DNA from: Escherichia coli
GTDB lineage: Bacteria > Pseudomonadota > Gammaproteobacteria > Enterobacterales > Enterobacteriaceae
Length of the DNA stretch: 64,000 bases
Strand: one strand, 5' to 3'
NCBI RefSeq assembly: GCF_003334255.1
Contig: NZ_QOWU01000002.1
Shown here: positions 10,765-21,908 of the stretch, piece after piece
How positions within the stretch are numbered: position 1 is the stretch's first letter
Layout of the letters: each line of letters opens with the position of its first letter
Program-made: the position numbers and the translations under genes
The notes under the pieces: generated by a model
Database searches by the model: none
Told to the model about the DNA's origin: nothing
What the model saw: the letters and a program-made list of their open reading frames with translations, nothing else

Positions 10765-11697
10765 TCAGCCCTTAAACACGTTATAGCCGAGTTGCTTAGC
10801 GACCGATGCCACCATTTTTTGACCGCGAACACTGTTGCCATCTTCGTCCAGCGGTGGTGAGAACGCGGCAATTCCCATCACTCCAGGGACGACCGCCAGA
10901 ATACCGCCACCTACACCGCTTTTGCCCGGTAAACCAACACGATACGCCCAGTCACCGGAGCGACCATACAGCCCTTCCATCATCATTTCGGCCAGAATGT
11001 ACGGCACGTTGTCGGCCTGAAGAACGCGTTTATGCGTCAACGGATTCACACCACCTGCCGCCAGCGTCGCGCCAAGCGTTGCCAGTTCAATAGTATTGAG
11101 GAGCGTGGAGCACTGACGGGTATACACGTCACAGGCTTCCATTGCATCACAATAGAGATATCCGGCGGAGTACAGCAGCCAGGCTATGGCCCGGTTATGG
11201 AAGTTGGTTGTTTGTTCCGACTGGTTGACTTCGTCAGAGAGCGCTACCTGCTCGCCAGCCAGTTGCTGTTGGATATGTAAAATTCGCTGCCAGCGTTGTT
11301 CAACATTTTCAGCGTTAATCAGGCTGGTGGTGGCAATAGCGCCAGCATTTACCAGTGGCGAAAGCGGTTTGCCGCCATGCAACTCTAAGGCGATAACTGA
11401 GTTAAAGGGCAATCCGGTCGGGTCAGCGCCAATTTTGTCCTGTACCGCCTGCGGGCCGACATCTTCTAACGCAAGGGCTAACGTACAGACTTTCGAGATG
11501 GATTCCAGTGCAAAGCGGTAATCACTGTCACCCGCACTATAGACGTTGCCATCGCAGGTCACGATAGCCACTGCCGCCAGTTGACCTGGTACATTCGCCA
11601 GAAAGGGAATGTAATCGGCATTTTGTCCGCCGTTAAGTGAGTGAAATTGGGTGTAAGCCTGATCCACTGCCTGCTGTAATTTGTTTGCATCTAACAT
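10765..11697 (-). CDS. glsA: Glutaminase 1
   Basis: 310-aa ORF matching recalled GlsA/YbaS. Confidence 0.92.
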   Translation of the reverse strand: MLDANKLQQAVDQAYTQFHSLNGGQNADYIPFLANVPGQLAAVAIVTCDGNVYSAGDSDYRFALESISKVCTLALALEDVGPQAVQDKIGADPTGLPFNSVIALELHGGKPLSPLVNAGAIATTSLINAENVEQRWQRILHIQQQLAGEQVALSDEVNQSEQTTNFHNRAIAWLLYSAGYLYCDAMEACDVYTRQCSTLLNTIELATLGATLAAGGVNPLTHKRVLQADNVPYILAEMMMEGLYGRSGDWAYRVGLPGKSGVGGGILAVVPGVMGIAAFSPPLDEDGNSVRGQKMVASVAKQLGYNVFKG

Positions 11698-11888
11698 CTT
11701 TTGTTAACTCCTTTTTATAGATGCGGGAGGTAATTCCTCACCCCGGTGCCGATTTTCAGGCATCCTGATTTAACTTAGCACCCGCAACTTAACTACAGGA
11801 AAACAAAGAGATAAATGTCTAATCCTGATGCAAATCGAGCCGATTTTTTAATCTTTACGGACTTTTACCCGCCTGGTTTATTAATTTC

Positions 11889-11920
11889 TTGACCTTCCCC
11901 TTGCTGGAAGGTTTAACCTT
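11889..11920 (+). promoter_or_regulatory. copA promoter with CueR operator (inverted repeat ACCTTCC-N7-GGAAGGT between -35 TTGACC and -10)
   Basis: Sequence cttgACCTTCCccttgctGGAAGGTttaacc directly upstream of copA; MerR-type long-spacer promoter architecture. Confidence 0.8.
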
Positions 11921-11958
11921 TATCACAGCCAGTCAAAACTGTCTTAAAGGAGTGTTTT

Positions 11959-14463
11959 ATGTCACAAACTATCGACCTGACCCTGGACGGCCTGTCCTGC
12001 GGTCACTGCGTTAAACGCGTGAAAGAAAGTCTTGAACAGCGTCCGGATGTTGAGCAGGCGGATGTGTCTATCACTGAAGCGCACGTTACCGGGACTGCCA
12101 GTGCAGAACAGCTGATCGAAACCATCAAACAAGCGGGTTATGACGCATCTGTAAGCCACCCAAAGGCTAAACCGCTGGCGGAGTCATCAATCCCGTCGGA
12201 AGCACTGACAGCGGTTTCTGAGGCGCTTCCGGCAGCGACCGCCGATGACGATGACAGCCAGCAGTTGCTGCTGAGCGGCATGAGCTGCGCCAGCTGTGTC
12301 ACCCGCGTACAAAATGCGCTGCAAAGCGTACCGGGCGTCACTCAGGCACGGGTAAACCTGGCGGAGCGTACTGCGCTGGTGATGGGCAGTGCCTCCCCAC
12401 AAGATTTAGTGCAGGCGGTGGAAAAAGCGGGCTACGGCGCGGAAGCGATTGAAGATGACGCTAAACGCCGCGAGCGCCAGCAAGAAACCGCCGTCGCTAC
12501 GATGAAGCGCTTCCGCTGGCAGGCAATTGTCGCACTGGCGGTGGGTATCCCGGTGATGGTCTGGGGGATGATCGGCGATAACATGATGGTCACCGCTGAC
12601 AACCGCAGCCTGTGGTTGGTTATCGGCCTGATAACCCTGGCAGTGATGGTTTTCGCCGGCGGCCATTTTTACCGCAGTGCATGGAAAAGCCTGCTGAACG
12701 GTGCGGCGACGATGGATACGCTGGTGGCGCTGGGTACTGGCGTGGCGTGGCTCTATTCGATGAGCGTCAACCTGTGGCCGCAGTGGTTCCCGATGGAAGC
12801 GCGACATCTTTATTACGAAGCCAGCGCGATGATTATCGGTCTGATCAATCTCGGCCATATGCTGGAAGCGCGCGCACGCCAGCGTTCTTCTAAGGCGCTG
12901 GAAAAGTTACTCGATTTAACCCCGCCGACGGCACGCCTGGTTACTGACGAAGGTGAAAAAAGCGTGCCTCTGGCAGAAGTGCAGCCAGGTATGTTGCTGC
13001 GCCTGACGACCGGCGATCGCGTGCCGGTAGATGGCGAGATTACCCAGGGCGAAGCATGGCTGGATGAAGCGATGCTGACGGGCGAACCAATCCCGCAGCA
13101 AAAAGGCGAAGGCGATAGCGTCCATGCCGGGACAGTGGTACAGGACGGCAGTGTGCTGTTTCGTGCCAGTGCGGTTGGCAGCCATACTACGCTGTCACGA
13201 ATCATTCGCATGGTGCGCCAGGCCCAGAGCAGCAAGCCAGAAATCGGTCAGCTGGCGGATAAAATCTCAGCCGTATTTGTGCCGGTAGTGGTGGTTATTG
13301 CGCTTGTCAGTGCGGCAATCTGGTATTTCTTTGGTCCGGCACCGCAGATTGTCTATACCCTGGTGATTGCCACCACGGTACTGATTATTGCCTGTCCGTG
13401 TGCGCTGGGGCTGGCGACGCCGATGTCGATTATTTCCGGCGTCGGGCGGGCGGCTGAGTTTGGCGTGCTGGTGCGGGACGCTGACGCGCTGCAACGCGCC
13501 AGTACACTCGACACTGTAGTGTTCGATAAAACCGGGACGCTGACTGAAGGGAAGCCGCAGGTTGTCGCAGTGAAAACATTTGCTGATGTTGATGAAGCGC
13601 AGGCATTGCGTCTGGCGGCGGCACTGGAGCAAGGTTCCAGCCATCCGCTGGCACGAGCGATCCTCGATAAAGCAGGTGATATGCAGCTACCGCAGGTCAA
13701 CGGTTTCCGCACATTGCGCGGGCTGGGCGTGAGCGGTGAAGCTGAAGGTCATGCGTTATTGCTGGGCAATCAGGCGCTGTTAAATGAGCAACAGGTTGGT
13801 ACCAAAGCTATCGAAGCGGAGATTACTGCTCAGGCATCGCAAGGGGCAACGCCTGTGCTGCTGGCGGTTGACGGGAAAGCGGTAGCCCTGCTGGCAGTAC
13901 GCGATCCGTTGCGTAGTGATAGCGTGGCGGCGCTGCAACGCCTGCATAAAGCGGGATATCGTCTGGTGATGTTGACCGGGGATAACCCAACCACCGCCAA
14001 TGCGATCGCCAAAGAAGCAGGGATTGATGAGGTGATCGCCGGGGTGCTGCCGGACGGTAAAGCCGAAGCGATCAAACATCTGCAAAGTGAAGGACGTCAG
14101 GTGGCAATGGTGGGCGACGGCATTAACGACGCGCCAGCGCTGGCTCAGGCGGATGTCGGCATTGCGATGGGTGGCGGCAGTGATGTTGCCATTGAAACCG
14201 CGGCGATTACCCTGATGCGCCATAGCCTGATGGGCGTTGCGGATGCGCTCGCTATTTCCCGCGCAACGCTGCACAACATGAAGCAGAACCTGCTCGGTGC
14301 GTTTATCTACAACAGTATCGGTATTCCGGTCGCCGCCGGTATTTTGTGGCCGTTCACTGGAACACTGCTTAACCCGGTAGTTGCCGGAGCGGCAATGGCG
14401 CTCTCGTCGATTACCGTAGTGAGTAACGCCAACCGGTTGCTGCGGTTTAAACCGAAGGAATAA
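11959..14463 (+). CDS. copA: Cu(I)-exporting P1B-type ATPase
   Basis: 834-aa ORF with two N-terminal metal-binding motifs (GLSCGHC, GMSCASC), CPC, DKTGT. Confidence 0.96.
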   Translation: MSQTIDLTLDGLSCGHCVKRVKESLEQRPDVEQADVSITEAHVTGTASAEQLIETIKQAGYDASVSHPKAKPLAESSIPSEALTAVSEALPAATADDDDSQQLLLSGMSCASCVTRVQNALQSVPGVTQARVNLAERTALVMGSASPQDLVQAVEKAGYGAEAIEDDAKRRERQQETAVATMKRFRWQAIVALAVGIPVMVWGMIGDNMMVTADNRSLWLVIGLITLAVMVFAGGHFYRSAWKSLLNGAATMDTLVALGTGVAWLYSMSVNLWPQWFPMEARHLYYEASAMIIGLINLGHMLEARARQRSSKALEKLLDLTPPTARLVTDEGEKSVPLAEVQPGMLLRLTTGDRVPVDGEITQGEAWLDEAMLTGEPIPQQKGEGDSVHAGTVVQDGSVLFRASAVGSHTTLSRIIRMVRQAQSSKPEIGQLADKISAVFVPVVVVIALVSAAIWYFFGPAPQIVYTLVIATTVLIIACPCALGLATPMSIISGVGRAAEFGVLVRDADALQRASTLDTVVFDKTGTLTEGKPQVVAVKTFADVDEAQALRLAAALEQGSSHPLARAILDKAGDMQLPQVNGFRTLRGLGVSGEAEGHALLLGNQALLNEQQVGTKAIEAEITAQASQGATPVLLAVDGKAVALLAVRDPLRSDSVAALQRLHKAGYRLVMLTGDNPTTANAIAKEAGIDEVIAGVLPDGKAEAIKHLQSEGRQVAMVGDGINDAPALAQADVGIAMGGGSDVAIETAAITLMRHSLMGVADALAISRATLHNMKQNLLGAFIYNSIGIPVAAGILWPFTGTLLNPVVAGAAMALSSITVVSNANRLLRFKPKE
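12159..12165 (+). other. copA: Programmed -1 ribosomal frameshift slippery heptamer C CCA AAG in copA (would yield ~70-aa CopA(Z) ending ...HPKG)
   Basis: CCCAAAG in frame X XXY YYZ at codons 68-69; -1 frame reads CCC AAA GGC TAA; known mechanism from literature. Confidence 0.7.
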
Positions 14464-14518
14464 GTACATCATTGCGGATGCGCTGCTTTAGGGTGGCGCA
14501 TTTGGCATCGACGCATGA

Positions 14519-14756
<238 letters not shown>

Positions 14757-14778
14757 GAGATGAAGCGATGTTTTGGCC

Positions 14779-15120
14779 TTACGCGACCTTTTTTGCACGC
14801 TCTTCACGGCGTGCCAAATATTCAGCCACTGTTTCAATCCGTCCCAATTCTTCCTGGGTGCGCATGTTGTTTTCAACTTCCCAAAGATCAACCGCCGCCT
14901 GGAGGTTTAGCCAAAAATCGACTGTGGTATCAAAAACTTTCGCCAGACGAAATGCCATCTCAGTAGTGAGTTTACGATTGTTATTGATCAGTGCACTGAC
15001 GCTATTACGATGAACATGCAGCAACTCTGCTAACTCATTGATTTTCAAATCGAGCGGTTCCAGATATTCATAGAGAAGAATATCTCCGGGTGTCGTCGGT
15101 TTTCTTGTTGCCTGTTTCAT
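14779..15120 (-). CDS. ybaQ: XRE-family HTH protein, HigA-antitoxin-like
   Basis: 113-aa frame from MKQATRK inside 131-aa track ORF; HTH region ELAELLHVHRNSVSALINN. Confidence 0.85.
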   Translation of the reverse strand: MKQATRKPTTPGDILLYEYLEPLDLKINELAELLHVHRNSVSALINNNRKLTTEMAFRLAKVFDTTVDFWLNLQAAVDLWEVENNMRTQEELGRIETVAEYLARREERAKKVA

Positions 15121-15257
15121 GGTTTTTAACTGTTGCTTCCTTGTGAATAGCGATGCAAGAACATACTGAATCATACAAACACATTAAACAAGTCTCCAAC
15201 TCCATTTGCGCCATCCCTCACCGCGCGCTAGCATGATATTTCACAAAGGGAGGTCGT

Positions 15258-16052
15258 ATGGATCTGTTGTACCGGGTAAAAACGCTTTGGGCCGCGCTGC
15301 GCGGTAATCATTACACCTGGCCTGCCATCGATATCACCCTCCCCGGCAATCGCCATTTTCATCTGATTGGCAGTATTCATATGGGTAGCCACGATATGGC
15401 TCCCCTGCCCACCCGTTTGCTCAAAAAGCTCAAAAACGCCGATGCGCTGATCGTCGAGGCGGATGTTTCCACCAGCGATACGCCTTTTGCTAATTTGCCT
15501 GCCTGCGAGGCGCTGGAAGAGCGCATTAGCGAGGAGCAACTCCAAAACCTGCAGCACATTAGCCAGGAGATGGGCATTTCTCCCTCACTCTTTTCTACCC
15601 AACCGCTGTGGCAAATCGCGATGGTTCTTCAGGCGACGCAGGCACAAAAACTGGGGCTGCGGGCAGAATACGGTATCGATTACCAGCTATTGCAGGCGGC
15701 GAAGCAACAACATAAACCCGTGATTGAACTGGAAGGGGCTGAAAACCAGATTGCCATGTTGCTCCAGCTCCCTGACAAAGGACTGGCGCTGCTGGACGAT
15801 ACGCTGACCCACTGGCATACCAACGCACGGTTGCTGCAACAAATGATGAGCTGGTGGCTGAATGCACCGCCGCAAAATAATGATATAACGCTGCCCAATA
15901 CGTTCAGTCAGTCGCTGTACGATGTGCTGATGCATCAGCGAAATCTCGCCTGGCGGGATAAATTACGCGCCATGCCGCCGGGGCGATATGTGGTCGCGGT
16001 CGGTGCACTACACCTGTATGGAGAAGGGAATTTGCCGCAAATGTTGCGCTAA
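15258..16052 (+). CDS. ybaP: TraB/GumN-family protein of unknown function
   Basis: 264-aa ORF matching recalled YbaP. Confidence 0.88.
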   Translation: MDLLYRVKTLWAALRGNHYTWPAIDITLPGNRHFHLIGSIHMGSHDMAPLPTRLLKKLKNADALIVEADVSTSDTPFANLPACEALEERISEEQLQNLQHISQEMGISPSLFSTQPLWQIAMVLQATQAQKLGLRAEYGIDYQLLQAAKQQHKPVIELEGAENQIAMLLQLPDKGLALLDDTLTHWHTNARLLQQMMSWWLNAPPQNNDITLPNTFSQSLYDVLMHQRNLAWRDKLRAMPPGRYVVAVGALHLYGEGNLPQMLR

Positions 16053-16134
16053 AAAAATGGCCAATATCGCTATTGGCCCGTCAAAGAGGAATTTCATTTT
16101 TTTATTATTATGCCGTCACTTTAAGCGACGGTGT
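16051..16134 (-). ncRNA. chiX: ChiX (MicM/SroB) small regulatory RNA
   Basis: Reverse complement reads ACACCGTCGCTTAAAGTGACGGCATAATAATAAAAAAATGAAATTCCTCTTTGACGGGCCAATAGCGATATTGGCCATTTTTTT, the recalled ChiX sequence including its terminator hairpin and U-tail. Confidence 0.9.
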
Positions 16135-16240
16135 AACTCGATTGTCGCTCAATCTCACCATCCTGCCAATACTCTTAGGCAAGATGACTCTTTTTTTTGG
16201 ACCGCCATCAGGCGTATGCTTGCTTCGTTTTTTTGTTTAA

Positions 16241-16735
<495 letters not shown>

Positions 16736-16771
16736 GCATTGTGCCGGATGCAAACATCCGGCACTTTCGGA

Positions 16772-18424
16772 TTACTGCCAGCTCACCTCACCTTTCGGTT
16801 CATAAACACTCACATCCAGCGGCGAGCTTTTCTGGATATACGCTTTCAGCACTTCGGCATCAATAAAGCCGGTATTCACATAGCCCGGTTTGTTATCAAG
16901 GCGCGGATATCCATCACCGCCGGTGGCATTGAAGTTTAATGTCGCCATACGGTAAGTTTTCGCCGGATCGACCGGTTCGCCTTTGATTTTAAGGTCGTTC
17001 AGTTTGCCGTCTTTCGCCACAAAGCTAACGTTGGCAAATTGCGGGTAGGCACCTGAATCTGGCTTCATCTGCGCGACGGCGGTCAGGTAATCAATCACCT
17101 CTTTACCGGTCATGTCGGCATACACCACCACATTGCCGAATGGCTGCACTTTCAGCACGTTTTTATAGCTGATATCGCCTGCTTCGATAGAATCACGAAT
17201 TCCGCCTCCGCTCATCACCGCAAAGTCGGCACCAGTGCGATCCATTTGGGCTGCCAGAATCAACCGCCCCATATTGGTCTGTACAAAACGCACTTTGTCA
17301 CGATCGCCTTCCAGACGACCATTGGTTTCGCCTATTTTCACTTCCAGCTGCGCTTTGCCTTTGTTCTGGAACGGTGATAACAGCGAGATCATTTGCTGGT
17401 TTTCAGCGATTTCAGGAGTGTAAAGCACGCGCTCGCTTTTCCCGTCTTCCCAGGTCACTTTCTTCTTCAGGTTCACCGGAATCAGCTGGTAGTTAACCAT
17501 TTTCATTTCGCCATTACGAAACTCAAAATCAGCCCGTCCCACGTATTTGCCCCACTCATGCGCCTGCACAATCCAGATGCCGTTTTGTTGATCTGGTTTG
17601 CATGGCGTACCCGGCACGTAATCGACCTGTTTTTTGTTTTCTGCCGCCATGCAGACCGGATCTTGCGAGTGACCACCGACGATCATCGCCAGCGATCCGG
17701 CAGGCAGCGCGCGCGCCATCTCCACATCGCCCGGTGCGTTAGAGCCGTGCTCACCATTGTCGTAATGCCCCATATGGGTCGCCGCGATAATAATGTCTGG
17801 CTTTTCTGTCTGTTGCAGCTCCTGAATCACCAGCTTCGCTTCATCGGCGGGCTTACGGAACTCAATATCGGTGAAGTTTTCTGGATTGCCTAACTTCGCT
17901 GTGTCATCCGTCGTCAGACCAATAACGGCAATTTTCAGATCCTGACGCTTAAACAGCGCCCATGGTTTAAACAGGCGCTCGCCGGTACTTTTCTGGTAGA
18001 TATTGGCAGAAAGTAACGGGAACTTGGCCCACTTTTCCTGCTGGCGTAATACGGTGAGCGGGTTATCAAATTCATGATTACCGATCGCCATCGCGTCATA
18101 GCCCACCAGATTCATACCGCGAAAATCAGGTTCGGCATCCTGTAAGTCAGACTCGGGCACGCCAGTGTTAATGTCGCCACCGGAAAGTAGCAGCACGCTA
18201 CCGCCTTCAGCCGCAACCTCTTTGCGGATACCATCCACCAGCGTTTTTTGCGCCGCCAGACCATATTCGCCATATTCATTGCGCCAAAAATGCCCATGAT
18301 GATCATTGGTATGCAGAACTGTAATTTTGTAGGTTTTATCCTGCTCATACGCCAGAGCAGTTTCACTCGCCAGTGTAAATGTGGTTAACAGTGCTAACGC
18401 CACGCCCCGCTGCAATAATTTCAT
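16772..18424 (-). CDS. ushA: Periplasmic UDP-sugar hydrolase / 5'-nucleotidase
   Basis: 550-aa ORF with signal peptide and metallophosphatase motifs (GNHEFD). Confidence 0.95.
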   Translation of the reverse strand: MKLLQRGVALALLTTFTLASETALAYEQDKTYKITVLHTNDHHGHFWRNEYGEYGLAAQKTLVDGIRKEVAAEGGSVLLLSGGDINTGVPESDLQDAEPDFRGMNLVGYDAMAIGNHEFDNPLTVLRQQEKWAKFPLLSANIYQKSTGERLFKPWALFKRQDLKIAVIGLTTDDTAKLGNPENFTDIEFRKPADEAKLVIQELQQTEKPDIIIAATHMGHYDNGEHGSNAPGDVEMARALPAGSLAMIVGGHSQDPVCMAAENKKQVDYVPGTPCKPDQQNGIWIVQAHEWGKYVGRADFEFRNGEMKMVNYQLIPVNLKKKVTWEDGKSERVLYTPEIAENQQMISLLSPFQNKGKAQLEVKIGETNGRLEGDRDKVRFVQTNMGRLILAAQMDRTGADFAVMSGGGIRDSIEAGDISYKNVLKVQPFGNVVVYADMTGKEVIDYLTAVAQMKPDSGAYPQFANVSFVAKDGKLNDLKIKGEPVDPAKTYRMATLNFNATGGDGYPRLDNKPGYVNTGFIDAEVLKAYIQKSSPLDVSVYEPKGEVSWQ

Positions 18425-18641
18425 ACTTCTCTCCCTGACCTGATTTCAACGTGTTGAAAAATAGTATGACGCGACATCATAGACAAGTCTGCGTCCGGTG
18501 AAGATAAATCTGCATCCAGATTAGAAATTCTGTATTCGGCGTTGAGACTTCCTTCAGGCGACGCATACAGGTATGTTAGTCGGGTAATAATCACAAATAA
18601 GATCATTCTTTACATCGCAACCCTGAAAAAGTGACTTTCCT

Positions 18642-19862
18642 ATGGCAATGAGTGAACAAACCCAGCCTGTGGCGGGCGCGGCTGCGTCAACGACCAAGGC
18701 CCGAACATCGTTTGGTATTTTAGGTGCTATCAGCCTCTCACATCTGCTGAACGACATGATCCAATCGCTGATTCTGGCGATTTATCCGCTGCTTCAGTCA
18801 GAATTTTCTCTGACATTTATGCAGATTGGCATGATAACCCTCACCTTCCAGCTCGCCTCTTCGCTACTGCAACCAGTGGTCGGCTACTGGACCGATAAAT
18901 ATCCAATGCCATGGTCGTTGCCAATTGGCATGTGCTTTACCTTAAGTGGTCTAGTGCTGCTTGCGCTGGCGGGCAGTTTTGGCGCAGTTCTGCTGGCGGC
19001 GGCGCTGGTCGGTACCGGTTCATCGGTCTTTCATCCGGAATCTTCTCGCGTGGCCCGTATGGCTTCCGGCGGGCGGCATGGCCTGGCACAATCTATCTTT
19101 CAGGTCGGCGGCAACTTTGGCAGTTCCCTGGGACCCTTGCTGGCGGCGGTGATTATCGCGCCTTATGGCAAAGGCAACGTTGCCTGGTTTGTGCTTGCGG
19201 CACTGCTGGCGATCGTGGTGTTGGCACAAATCAGCCGTTGGTACTCGGCACAGCACCGAATGAATAAAGGAAAACCCAAAGCGACGATTATCAATCCACT
19301 GCCGCGCAACAAAGTGGTACTGGCGGTCAGCATTCTGTTAATCCTCATTTTCTCGAAATATTTCTATATGGCGAGCATCAGCAGCTATTACACCTTCTAT
19401 CTGATGCAAAAATTCGGATTATCTATCCAGAATGCTCAGCTTCATCTGTTTGCCTTCCTGTTTGCCGTTGCGGCAGGTACGGTGATCGGCGGGCCTGTAG
19501 GGGATAAAATTGGGCGGAAATATGTGATTTGGGGCTCTATCCTCGGCGTTGCGCCGTTTACGCTGATTTTACCCTACGCCAGCCTGCACTGGACGGGGGT
19601 TTTAACGGTGATTATTGGATTTATCCTCGCTTCGGCATTCTCTGCCATTCTGGTTTACGCTCAGGAGCTGCTTCCGGGACGTATCGGTATGGTTTCTGGA
19701 CTCTTTTTCGGTTTTGCTTTCGGCATGGGAGGTCTGGGTGCGGCAGTTCTGGGGCTTATCGCCGATCACACCAGCATCGAGTTAGTCTATAAAATCTGTG
19801 CTTTCCTGCCACTATTGGGGATGTTGACCATATTCCTGCCTGATAACCGGCATAAAGACTGA
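18642..19862 (+). CDS. fsr: MFS transporter, fosmidomycin resistance protein
   Basis: 406-aa 12-TM ORF matching recalled Fsr. Confidence 0.92.
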   Translation: MAMSEQTQPVAGAAASTTKARTSFGILGAISLSHLLNDMIQSLILAIYPLLQSEFSLTFMQIGMITLTFQLASSLLQPVVGYWTDKYPMPWSLPIGMCFTLSGLVLLALAGSFGAVLLAAALVGTGSSVFHPESSRVARMASGGRHGLAQSIFQVGGNFGSSLGPLLAAVIIAPYGKGNVAWFVLAALLAIVVLAQISRWYSAQHRMNKGKPKATIINPLPRNKVVLAVSILLILIFSKYFYMASISSYYTFYLMQKFGLSIQNAQLHLFAFLFAVAAGTVIGGPVGDKIGRKYVIWGSILGVAPFTLILPYASLHWTGVLTVIIGFILASAFSAILVYAQELLPGRIGMVSGLFFGFAFGMGGLGAAVLGLIADHTSIELVYKICAFLPLLGMLTIFLPDNRHKD

Positions 19863-19869
19863 TTTCATT

Positions 19870-19902
19870 GCAGCCAAAGGCAAACTTTGGCTGCATCGTT
19901 TT
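19870..19902 (+). terminator. Intrinsic terminator downstream of fsr
   Basis: Hairpin gcagccaaagg-caaa-ctttggctgc followed by atcgtttt. Confidence 0.7.
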
Positions 19903-20099
19903 ACAGTCGCCATAAGCCTTTCCTCTGTTAAACCGCCTTCTGTTTTCCGATCCGTGCTTTTTTTGCAGCTAATTCCATTTTTCTGCAAAATTCAACAATT
20001 ATTCATAAACATCATCAATGAAATTGTCATAAACTATTACCTGTAATTTTGGTTTTCCCGGCCAAAAATGGACAATAACCACCAGGAAAAGGAGACGGA

Positions 20100-21776
20100 A
20101 TGCATCACGCCACCCCGCTTATCACCACCATTGTTGGCGGCCTTGTGCTCGCCTTTATCCTCGGCATGCTGGCCAATAAACTACGTATTTCTCCTCTGGT
20201 GGGATATCTGTTAGCGGGTGTGCTGGCAGGACCATTCACTCCGGGCTTTGTTGCCGATACCAAGCTTGCGCCGGAATTGGCTGAACTGGGCGTTATTTTG
20301 CTGATGTTCGGCGTCGGTTTGCATTTTTCGCTCAAGGATTTGATGGCGGTAAAGTCCATCGCCATTCCCGGCGCGATCGCCCAGATAGCCGTGGCGACGC
20401 TGCTGGGTATGGCGCTCTCCGCCGTGCTGGGCTGGTCGTTAATGACCGGTATCGTGTTCGGTTTATGTCTTTCCACCGCCAGTACCGTGGTGTTACTGCG
20501 CGCACTTGAAGAACGGCAATTAATAGACAGTCAGCGTGGGCAAATCGCCATCGGTTGGTTGATTGTGGAAGACCTGGTGATGGTTCTGACGCTGGTGTTG
20601 CTGCCCGCAGTGGCAGGAATGATGGAACAGGGCGATGTGGGCTTTGCCACTCTTGCAGTCGATATGGGGATCACCATCGGCAAGGTGATCGCATTTATCG
20701 CCATTATGATGCTGGTAGGTCGCCGTCTGGTGCCGTGGATTATGGCACGCAGCGCGGCAACCGGTTCTCGCGAGCTGTTTACCCTGTCGGTGCTGGCGCT
20801 GGCGTTAGGGATTGCCTTTGGTGCGGTAGAGCTGTTTGATGTCTCCTTTGCACTCGGTGCGTTCTTTGCCGGGATGGTACTGAACGAGTCTGAACTGAGT
20901 CACCGTGCCGCCCACGATACGTTGCCATTGCGCGACGCGTTTGCGGTGCTGTTTTTTGTCTCCGTCGGGATGTTGTTTGATCCGTTAATTCTGATTCAGC
21001 AACCGCTGGCAGTGCTGGCGACGCTGGCGATTATTCTGTTTGGTAAATCGGTCGCGGCCCTGCTCCTTGTGCGTCTGTTTGGTCACTCCCAGCGCACGGC
21101 ATTAACCATCGCCGCCAGCCTGGCGCAGATTGGTGAGTTCGCGTTTATCCTGGCGGGACTGGGAATGGCATTGAATTTACTGCCGCAGGCCGGACAAAAC
21201 CTGGTACTGGCAGGGGCGATCCTGTCGATTATGCTCAACCCAGTACTGTTCGCACTACTGGAGAAATATCTGGCGAAGACCGAAACGCTGGAAGAGCAGA
21301 CGCTGGAAGAGGCAATCGAAGAAGAGAAGCAGATCCCAGTGGATATTTGCAACCATGCGCTATTGGTGGGTTACGGTCGTGTAGGCAGCCTGCTGGGGGA
21401 GAAATTGCTCGCCTCTGATATTCCGCTGGTGGTGATTGAGACGTCGCGAACCCGTGTTGATGAGCTGCGAGAGCGCGGGGTCCGCGCAGTATTGGGCAAT
21501 GCAGCGAACGAAGAAATTATGCAACTGGCGCATCTGGAATGTGCAAAATGGCTGATCCTGACGATTCCCAACGGTTATGAAGCAGGCGAGATTGTGGCAT
21601 CTGCCCGCGCGAAAAATCCGGATATTGAGATTATTGCCCGCGCCCATTATGACGATGAAGTGGCGTATATTACCGAACGTGGCGCGAATCAGGTAGTGAT
21701 GGGTGAACGTGAAATTGCCCGTACTATGCTGGAACTGCTGGAAACGCCACCGGCGGGTGAAGTGGTGACGGGGTAA
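20100..21776 (+). CDS. ybaL: CPA2-family cation:proton antiporter with C-terminal RCK/KTN domain
   Basis: 558-aa ORF; membrane domain plus NAD-binding-like GYGRVGS motif. Confidence 0.92.
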   Translation: MHHATPLITTIVGGLVLAFILGMLANKLRISPLVGYLLAGVLAGPFTPGFVADTKLAPELAELGVILLMFGVGLHFSLKDLMAVKSIAIPGAIAQIAVATLLGMALSAVLGWSLMTGIVFGLCLSTASTVVLLRALEERQLIDSQRGQIAIGWLIVEDLVMVLTLVLLPAVAGMMEQGDVGFATLAVDMGITIGKVIAFIAIMMLVGRRLVPWIMARSAATGSRELFTLSVLALALGIAFGAVELFDVSFALGAFFAGMVLNESELSHRAAHDTLPLRDAFAVLFFVSVGMLFDPLILIQQPLAVLATLAIILFGKSVAALLLVRLFGHSQRTALTIAASLAQIGEFAFILAGLGMALNLLPQAGQNLVLAGAILSIMLNPVLFALLEKYLAKTETLEEQTLEEAIEEEKQIPVDICNHALLVGYGRVGSLLGEKLLASDIPLVVIETSRTRVDELRERGVRAVLGNAANEEIMQLAHLECAKWLILTIPNGYEAGEIVASARAKNPDIEIIARAHYDDEVAYITERGANQVVMGEREIARTMLELLETPPAGEVVTG

Positions 21777-21810
21777 ACGGTGGTTGCCGGATGTAAAATA
21801 TGAAAAATAT

Positions 21811-21894
21811 GTAGGCATGATAAGACGCGCCAGCGTCGCATCAGGCATCGAGAGCCAAATGCCAGATGCGGCGTGAACGCCTTATCTGGCCTAC
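21811..21894. repeat. REP palindromic element pair
   Basis: gtaggcatgataagacgcgccagcgtcgcatcaggca ... atgccagatgcggcgtgaacgccttatctggcctac between convergent ybaL and gsk. Confidence 0.85.
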
Positions 21895-21908
21895 GAACCG
21901 ACGATAAC

